A stretch of 20,000 nt of DNA from an uncultured virus (IMG/VR IMGVR_UViG_3300029923_000016) (lineage: Duplodnaviria > Heunggongvirae > Uroviricota > Caudoviricetes): the IMG/VR virus record IMGVR_UViG_3300029923_000016; one strand, given 5' to 3'. This document shows, in pieces, positions 14,301 to 20,000 of this stretch. The notes beneath the pieces are model-generated. The model did not search any database and was not told the DNA's origin. It saw only the letters and a list, made by a program, of their open reading frames with translations. Every line of letters begins with the position of its first letter. The first letter of the stretch is position 1. A program made the translations under genes and the position numbers.

Positions 14301-16704
14301 CAGCGATAAACGCCGGGTCTTGACTGTTCATCGCTTCGGCTTTGTACTGCTCCCAGAGCTTGGGCCCGACCAGTTTGGCCATCCCGGCGTGTACGCCCGC
14401 TTCATGGAGCATCACGCTCTCAATAGTATTAGGCGTGAGTCGATTTGCTATGAAATGAGAAACGCCTGCTGCATCGACCATACCCTTCACATTGGGCGGA
14501 TGGTTCTCGCCGGGGAGCGTCGCTTGGGTATCATGGAACACCGCCTTGCCGCTGGCTATCATAGCCTTGAGTTCTTTGGGCAAATGGCGCTCTAATGACT
14601 TAGCTGTGTGTTGGGTCTCGGGCTCGGTGGACAAAGCAAAGGACTCAGGCTGGAACGCCTTACCAGTCTCCTGCAGCTTAGCCCACGCTTCATTCCGCTT
14701 GGCGTCTGCTTCAGGGCTTGGGTTATCTTCTGCCTCATTCTTTGCCCGAGTCCCTTCCTGATGGGCTTTGGCGACATCAGAGAAGGTTGGCTTTGGCGCG
14801 GCTTCTGAGGACGGGGGTATAGTCCCCAATACAGAACTTGCCTTTGGAGCAGATTGTGGTGTGGGAGCAACTTGGGCAATAGGCACTTCGGTTTCCTGCG
14901 CTGTCGCCGTAGTGTCCGGTGGCGGCTCCTGGGTCTCGGTAGTAACTGGAGTTTCTTCCGGTTTGGTTGTCGTTGTTTCGCTTTCCGGTGTCCATGGCTC
15001 GTTTTTACCTCGTAAAGTGGGTTCGGGAATTTCTTGGCTCTTTAATACCTGTTCCGCTGCATTGATATGGGAATCAAACTCTTCGTAGTCGAAATCATCC
15101 GGTGCGTGTTCATCGACCGCAGCTTTTGCCGCGTCAATGCCTTCTTGCGTGGTCAGGTCGGCGTCCATTAATGATTTGAACAATTTGGATTTGGGCGCAA
15201 CGCCGAAATCCTCGACGCGAGCGGCTTTTTTCTTGGCGTTGTTCTCTTCGTCGACGGCTTTGGCTTGCTTAGTCTGCGCGGCTAAGTCGGGTGGTGTGGT
15301 CTCGGTATCACCCGACTGTGGCGTAGCGGGTGTAGCGGGCGTACTGACACCGCCGGCAGCGCCGGGTATCAAAGCCCCGAAGAACCCTGAGGCGCCGGCC
15401 TCTTTAGCTTCTTGTCCTGCTTCCGGTCCGGTGATGGGCAGCCCTGCTTGCGCCCGCTCTAATTCCGATTGTGTCGCGCCGACGCCGGCTTCCAAGGTAC
15501 CTGACTTAACGGCATGTGTGCCTATACGGGTGAGGAGGTTCTTTTTAACCTCTTGCTCAACACTATCCCTAAACACGGCTTTGGCTTTCTTGCCTAAGCC
15601 TAGTGTAAAGCGGTCGGTGACGGCATCCAAAAAACCTGCGGGAATCGAGGCGGCCAAAGCATCTCCAGAAGATAAATCCTCCGCTTTGGATTTCTCCAAT
15701 GCTTGCCGATGCATCATATCGCCGAACTGCTGCACAATATAAGCCCCTACTGTAACGGGGAGCGCCAATAATGGATTAACGGCGCCTGCGGCCAAGCCCA
15801 TACCTAATGCCGGTGCCATGCCCGGTACAGACTCAGCGGTCTTCTCCATAGCAAAGCCCGGTAACTCTTTAGCGGCTGCCAAAGCACCGTCTTTGGAATA
15901 GATATCCTGAATATTTTGAAACGTCTGCGACGCTCTACCCGATTGTGGCTCTTGTGATTTGGACTTGATGCCCTCCATCTGTGCTTGTGCTTCGGGGCCA
16001 TTGCCCAAGGCCGAGCTTATGCCTAACCCGATGCCCTGCGTTGACTCTTTAAGCCCTTCCCAGCCCCGACTGAGCGCCGAACTAAAGCGTCCGGGTTGCT
16101 CGCCTTGCGGATTGTCTTGAATTTGCTGCAGCTCGTTAATGCGCTCAAACTTGGCTTTAAGCTCAGGCGTCAACGGTGCTTCCTCGACATCTGCCAAGTC
16201 CTCTAGCGTAGGTATGGCTTTTCGCGGTGGCGGTGCTTCGCCCGACTGAATGCGCTTGAACTTGGCAATCAGCTCCGGCGTTAACGGCGCTTCTTCAACG
16301 TCGGCTAAATCGTCCAACGTAGGTAGTCCGGTTGGCTGGGCTTGGGGTTGCGCACCGGCTAGCTGCAAGAACTGCAGGCCTTTGCCGACATAGTTCCGGG
16401 TCTCTCTATAAGGCGGCACGCCGCCATGCTTTTGGACAGCACCGGGGCCGGCATTATAGGCCGCCAGTGTCAGTGCCGGGTCACCGCCATGGGTATCATA
16501 GAGTGCATCAAGGTATTCATGCCCTACCCGCTCGCGCTCAGCAACCGAGTTATTACGAATGGGCGTGATACCGTAACCAGGCGACCGCGCCGTCGCGTCC
16601 ATGACCTGCATCGGCCCACGTGCACCTTTACCTGACACGGCATTAGCCTTGCCTCGGGACTCCATCCACTCGACGGTTTTGTGAAGCTCTTTAGGCGCAG
16701 CCAT
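11320..16704 (-). CDS. large polyvalent / internal virion protein with N-terminal lytic transglycosylase (1794 aa)
   Basis: SLT motifs MESRG, GARGPMQVM, AAYNAGPG and ETRNYV in aa 1-110; zincin-like LHEAGVH...EEALA; C-terminal INFRKRG...PFL...KPVLENITGIDF...PII...DHFIKGYFG resembling LPD38. Confidence 0.85.
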   Translation of the reverse strand: MAAPKELHKTVEWMESRGKANAVSGKGARGPMQVMDATARSPGYGITPIRNNSVAERERVGHEYLDALYDTHGGDPALTLAAYNAGPGAVQKHGGVPPYRETRNYVGKGLQFLQLAGAQPQAQPTGLPTLDDLADVEEAPLTPELIAKFKRIQSGEAPPPRKAIPTLEDLADVEEAPLTPELKAKFERINELQQIQDNPQGEQPGRFSSALSRGWEGLKESTQGIGLGISSALGNGPEAQAQMEGIKSKSQEPQSGRASQTFQNIQDIYSKDGALAAAKELPGFAMEKTAESVPGMAPALGMGLAAGAVNPLLALPVTVGAYIVQQFGDMMHRQALEKSKAEDLSSGDALAASIPAGFLDAVTDRFTLGLGKKAKAVFRDSVEQEVKKNLLTRIGTHAVKSGTLEAGVGATQSELERAQAGLPITGPEAGQEAKEAGASGFFGALIPGAAGGVSTPATPATPQSGDTETTPPDLAAQTKQAKAVDEENNAKKKAARVEDFGVAPKSKLFKSLMDADLTTQEGIDAAKAAVDEHAPDDFDYEEFDSHINAAEQVLKSQEIPEPTLRGKNEPWTPESETTTTKPEETPVTTETQEPPPDTTATAQETEVPIAQVAPTPQSAPKASSVLGTIPPSSEAAPKPTFSDVAKAHQEGTRAKNEAEDNPSPEADAKRNEAWAKLQETGKAFQPESFALSTEPETQHTAKSLERHLPKELKAMIASGKAVFHDTQATLPGENHPPNVKGMVDAAGVSHFIANRLTPNTIESVMLHEAGVHAGMAKLVGPKLWEQYKAEAMNSQDPAFIAAREAVPKSTPSHLIPEEALAHLVEHAPKHSLVRRLISAVRNWARANLGIGSKFTEADARQLAVSALKYAGSRADTAYALSSSEEAAVTAKAERLAAAREKHLKANPPKPIPSRSTNLKRTVLKIENELFDYSSGLYNQLRPRLEAMGLATPEVQKIMAQAFQGQTVYVNSLAAQGAIQGELHYNPNTMQWEAKAGQFSITKMKDILAKHAKKQGKPFETVSGIFTDIASALRIKEFREQAATYRKAIDMATDPKVKAMAERKFANILRRADVEHMTDDQIATALKVLADHPEYAEALKEWHGVRAYMVKFLVDTGRYSEKQAKAYMDATMYVPFNRLMDAKDPDAFYGYMAGGRGRSLMANQKEHAIKGSEREVKDMVENMEKWILNSFVKGVKNAKNLELQEVVAKHFYPGAVKPAANTKNGGIKVYRHGREEYWEYEDPLLTSAFNGVNTVALPTLTMAAKFANRLRNAIVLDPLFTINQLPQDAYSAMFSSGVKNPGALLIDIAKEWTGTLKGTTDAHEHLKGIGIVGQKDTVSMATEHIHELAMHGRAKKGPFAALHRALEHFANVGDNAIRQGIYVRTMKEMKGQPNAQMIAQQRAFEVINFRKRGANATLSAFMQVTPFLGAYLQATRTQLNIISGRGISPVARKEALMRLAATSAQVATFTFLYNMMLGDDDEFKKKDIQERDTHIYPFGSKSDYAMTVRADVFSLSFIAMNHVYRYLMDKGSENPYQTRQAMLDTTVRILAGAPMGPTVIKPVLENITGIDFHTNRPIIPERYKHLSGTPELQYNEKTSELAKLLGHAGLSPFLVDHFIKGYFGYAGATTMMVTDMALRAGLDIPYTATREDQFNIGYGKSAKDIPGMPLRNDRMTQGVDDFYTLGGAAREAKASVNRFEALGKTKEAREFKRREANLALGRADNRRLLSDSVQREVNQKTAKIHDLTAQKDKIMATPNDRISPEAKRARLERIDAQIKRITESASRTYNRVYRP
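16138..16326 (-). repeat. 26-aa internal duplication in the polyvalent protein
   Basis: LPTLDDLADVEEAPLTPELIAKFKRI (aa 127-152) versus IPTLEDLADVEEAPLTPELKAKFERI (aa 164-189). Confidence 0.9.
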
Positions 16705-16705
16705 C

Positions 16706-19486
16706 TTAGGTTCCTTGGTTGAATTTCAAAAACGCCTTGACTTCGGGAGGGCTTAGTTTGGTGCCATGGAAATCATAACCTCCACCCCCGCTGGTGCTCC
16801 CCCCGCCTTGCTTCATCTGCTCCATCACGCCATTGAGCGCCTCTTCTGATTTACTCTTATACTCGGCGACGTCCTGCTTTTTAAGCACCATCTTTCTGTT
16901 GATTTGTTCTGTGCTTAATTTAGAAGTATCCTCACCCGCCAGTACAATGGTAGGGTCATCACTTTGGAGTATGGCGTCGGCGTTCTTTATTTGTGCGTTA
17001 TACTGCCCCATTAGATTATCGAGATTGGTGTTCTTGGCGCTGTTCGGACTATTCGTCATCTGCGCCGTTGTAAACTTGGTCATATTATCGGCGTAGTTAC
17101 GGTTATTCTGATTGAACTGCTCCATCTCTGACTCAGCAAATTTAGCATCAGCAGCGGCTTTGAGCCTTTTATCAGACCTAAGTGTTTCTGCCGCTTTCTC
17201 ACGTTCAGCAGCGGCTTTCTCGGTATCACCTTTATGCTCTAAATGGTCAGCCCAATCAATCTGGAACTGCGCCTCGGATAGGGTGCGGGACAATTTCTCC
17301 TGGTCATCTTTATCTTTCAAGAAGCCCGGCATGGTTTCGGTTAATGCTTTAAGCCCTGCAGAGATGACCGGTCCTGGTGTCGAGCCCCAATGCGCGAAGA
17401 AGTCCGCCATGCGCAAGTTGAACTGGCGCTTGGACTCGTCGGCGGTATTGGCGCGTTGCCCCATGATTTCTTGACGACGTTGCAGTAACGCTTCCGGTGT
17501 CTCATACGGTGTGTCTTGCAGATTATTAAGTTTCGCTTGGTCTTCGGCAATCATCGGGTCAAACGGACTGCCGGCGGCTTGTGGAGCGGCCTGCGGGATA
17601 CCTTGATTAAGTGGTGGTGCCTCTTGCCAATTACCTTCTCCTCCGCCTGCACCCGTGGGTGTCATGGAGCCTTGTAGCTGCGGGATACCTGCGGGTGCAG
17701 GCTCGGCTTGTAATGGCTGTGGTACATTTAACGTCGGCTGCTCTGTGGGTGCAGCTTGTACCGAGTCTATACCGCCCGAGAACGCACCTTTGATAGCTTC
17801 CCATGCACCGGCGACATCCATCTTGCCGACGACATCACGGACCGGCTTTTTCAAATTCTCCATAATAGAATCAGAGCCGCCGCTGTCCAGCACTTGCTTG
17901 GCCTGCACATCGCCGTTCTCGGCGCGGACGGCCAGATACTTGTCCATATCAGATTTTTCAGAAGCGCCCTCAGCAATACCAACCAAAGCACCGGCTGCAC
18001 CCAAGCCCTTGCCTAACGTAGAGGCGACTTTGCCCAAGCCTTTCTTAACGGCTTGACCGGAGATACTTTGGCCTTCTTCTGTCCAGGAGCTAGGGGGCTT
18101 AACGGCCTCTATCCCTGGCGTTGGCTTAGGTGCGGCTGCCGTCTCTTGTGCCAGTAGCTGCTCTCTTGCTTGGCCTGCGTTCATCGGTTGACGGGGCTGA
18201 CCGGCACGGGCATTTTTAGCGGCATCTATGCGTGCCTGCTCACGTGCGGCACGGGCCGCCTCTATTTCAGGTTTGAGTTTAGTTAGCTGCTCTTTCATCG
18301 TGCCGCCCTGTGCAAACGCAACAATGCCGCCACCGGCCATGGTCTTTTCAGCCAATAGCTTTTTAGCCATCTGCCGCTCAATATCACTGGTGGTGGTCTG
18401 GATAATCTCTTGCAGTTGCTCGGGGTTCATCTGGTCTAAATCAGACTCTATAGCGCCCCCGACGTTATAACCGACAATGCCGCCCTCTTTCTTATAGGCG
18501 TTGTACATGCTGCCCATGGCACCGATACCACCGAATAGTTGCGACATCATGTTAGGTTGGGCTTGATAATTCTGTTGTGTCGAGCCAGTCTGAGCAACGG
18601 GAAAGCCGTGTATCAGACCGGACAGCCAGTTCATCTGGTCCATCGGGTAGGCTTGCGCCTTGTTGTAATTATTGGTAGCCGCGTCGATGACCTTCTGTTG
18701 CTGGTCTTGCTGCATGCTGCCGAACTGCGCTTGGGTGTTCAGGATATCGCGCTGGGCGCCGAGCTGGCCCGCACCAAGTGTGCCCAAGCCCATCCCTGCC
18801 TGGATGCCGGCGTTCATGCCCTGGATGCCGAACTGATAGCCTTGCATGCCTAAGTTGGCGCCGAACTGCTGCGCTTGCTGGGCATTCTGGAAGGCTTTCT
18901 CCGCGCCGGTGGACTGGATGCCGGTGATGGCCTGATTGCGATTGCGCTCGTTCTCCGCGCCCATGATGGCCTCACGACTACCCCCAAAGGCGCCATTGCG
19001 CGTTGCTGCGGCTTGCTGCTCTTGCCCGGTGATATCATATTGCCGGTTGGCTTGCCCGGTCTCGTAGTTCACGACATTGTTCATGTACGGTGACATGAAG
19101 CCTTTCAAGGCATTAGGGTCGGTCGCCATCTGGTTATATTGATTACCGGCATTGGCCGCCTGCATGCCGATACCCAGAGCGCCTGCGCCCGAGCCACCGA
19201 CCATCTGGCTGCCTTGCTGGAACTGGCCGGGGACTTGTAGATTGCCTGCGCCCTGGATGGCTTGGTTCTGCAGGCCTGACAGCGGTGCGACATAGTCGTT
19301 GGGATTCGTGCTGTACGGCTGGTAGGACTGTAGACCGGAAACATTACCCTGCGCGTCACGCTGGTAGACTTGGCCTTGTGCACTCGACATCATCGTATTG
19401 AAATACGGCTGCATGAAGTCGGGGATTGAGTTTGTATTGATGGTTTGGGTGGTATTGGTGGGGGTCTTCGGCGCACTGGAGCCCAT
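16706..19486 (-). CDS. probable internal virion / DNA ejection protein (926 aa)
   Basis: MGSS..T.T.Q N-terminus, Gln/Gly/Ala-rich, GAFGGSR motif, GGIV repeats; coupled to the transglycosylase gene, as podovirus ejection proteins are. Confidence 0.7.
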   Translation of the reverse strand: MGSSAPKTPTNTTQTINTNSIPDFMQPYFNTMMSSAQGQVYQRDAQGNVSGLQSYQPYSTNPNDYVAPLSGLQNQAIQGAGNLQVPGQFQQGSQMVGGSGAGALGIGMQAANAGNQYNQMATDPNALKGFMSPYMNNVVNYETGQANRQYDITGQEQQAAATRNGAFGGSREAIMGAENERNRNQAITGIQSTGAEKAFQNAQQAQQFGANLGMQGYQFGIQGMNAGIQAGMGLGTLGAGQLGAQRDILNTQAQFGSMQQDQQQKVIDAATNNYNKAQAYPMDQMNWLSGLIHGFPVAQTGSTQQNYQAQPNMMSQLFGGIGAMGSMYNAYKKEGGIVGYNVGGAIESDLDQMNPEQLQEIIQTTTSDIERQMAKKLLAEKTMAGGGIVAFAQGGTMKEQLTKLKPEIEAARAAREQARIDAAKNARAGQPRQPMNAGQAREQLLAQETAAAPKPTPGIEAVKPPSSWTEEGQSISGQAVKKGLGKVASTLGKGLGAAGALVGIAEGASEKSDMDKYLAVRAENGDVQAKQVLDSGGSDSIMENLKKPVRDVVGKMDVAGAWEAIKGAFSGGIDSVQAAPTEQPTLNVPQPLQAEPAPAGIPQLQGSMTPTGAGGGEGNWQEAPPLNQGIPQAAPQAAGSPFDPMIAEDQAKLNNLQDTPYETPEALLQRRQEIMGQRANTADESKRQFNLRMADFFAHWGSTPGPVISAGLKALTETMPGFLKDKDDQEKLSRTLSEAQFQIDWADHLEHKGDTEKAAAEREKAAETLRSDKRLKAAADAKFAESEMEQFNQNNRNYADNMTKFTTAQMTNSPNSAKNTNLDNLMGQYNAQIKNADAILQSDDPTIVLAGEDTSKLSTEQINRKMVLKKQDVAEYKSKSEEALNGVMEQMKQGGGSTSGGGGYDFHGTKLSPPEVKAFLKFNQGT

Positions 19487-19569
19487 GAGATTTGTCCTGA
19501 TACAAAGTTATGTGCACGCCAAGGCGGCGTGAGTGGGTCTACATTTGTATCAGCAGTGCTGATTTTGAT

Positions 19570-19595
19570 AGCAAGGGCGGAACCCCGCCCTTGCT
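19570..19595. terminator. strong hairpin, possible terminator or processing site
   Basis: agcaagggcgg-aacc-ccgcccttgct (11-bp stem); no clear U-tract on the coding (-) strand. Confidence 0.45.
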
Positions 19596-19596
19596 T

Positions 19597-19616
19597 AATG
19601 CTACCTAGGTAGCATT
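19597..19616. promoter_or_regulatory. perfect 20-bp palindrome, possible operator
   Basis: aatgctacct|aggtagcatt. Confidence 0.45.
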
Positions 19617-19628
19617 TAAAACATTTTA

Positions 19629-20000
19629 CTACTTAACTAACTTAAGCGCGCTCTTGGCAGAATTGTCCTCTATTCGCTTTGGTTGGTATTTATCATAGAG
19701 TATTGTTTTTACTTTGGCATTATCTTCAAGCACTTCATATAGCTTGAGGTAATCATCCAGTACCCTTCCGCGTACCTCTATCATATCGTCAGACATCTCG
19801 TCTTTCTTAAGCATCTTAGGGAAACCGAACAGATTACTCACAGCCTTGTTTACTACCGTATTAGCTTTGATGTAACTTAGCTCCTCTTTACTCAAATCAT
19901 CTGGCAAAAGACGACTCAATGCTTCCATAGCTTCGAGTTGATGCTTCTTCGTCCCCGTGCGTAACTGGACTATCCTTAGTTGGTCTTCGAGATACTGCCA
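19629..20000 (-). CDS. C-terminal part of an antirepressor-like / phage regulatory protein (begins beyond the window)
   Basis: The frame is open from 20000 (WQYLEDQLRIVQLRTG...). YIKANTVVNKAVS..FGFPKM.KK.EM..DM resembles C-terminal domains I recall from phage antirepressor-type proteins; not verified. Confidence 0.55.
   Translation of the reverse strand, partial: WQYLEDQLRIVQLRTGTKKHQLEAMEALSRLLPDDLSKEELSYIKANTVVNKAVSNLFGFPKMLKKDEMSDDMIEVRGRVLDDYLKLYEVLEDNAKVKTILYDKYQPKRIEDNSAKSALKLVK

Noticed and set aside
11284..19093. Numerous + strand ORFs opposite the two large virion genes
   Set aside because: Antisense shadows with Ser/Ala-biased, motif-free translations and no RBS support.
1..20000. 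tRNA/rRNA genes, integrase, reverse transcriptase (DGR/retron), alternative genetic code, host assignment
   Set aside because: None recognisable. Long ORFs translate cleanly in the standard code, and the host cannot be inferred beyond use of sigma70-type promoters.

Overview
Segment of a tailed-phage (Caudoviricetes, probably podovirus-like) genome. The + strand (1-11351) carries a replication/recombination module: the 3' end of a family A DNA polymerase, a Cas4-like PD-(D/E)XK exonuclease, a small HNH protein, an SNF2-type helicase, an HTH protein, a probable SSB, an AEP primase-DUF927 helicase fusion and many small ORFs. The - strand (11320-20000) carries convergent virion genes: a 1794-aa polyvalent protein with an N-terminal lytic transglycosylase, a 926-aa probable ejection protein and part of an antirepressor-like gene. 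Two features stand out. (1) A 370-aa intein sits in the helicase Walker B motif and has no in-frame endonuclease; instead a Zn-ribbon/Vsr(DUF559)-like endonuclease gene is nested inside it in the +1 frame, giving about 0.9 kb of dual coding. (2) Four non-coding tracts of strictly period-5 GCNNW units each end in GCAAAG and are followed by hairpins; two of these hairpins covary like a conserved RNA stem. The tracts lie between promoters and terminator-like hairpins ahead of the exonuclease and primase genes, suggesting an unexplained RNA-based regulatory element. All family assignments come from motif recognition by eye, not from database searches.
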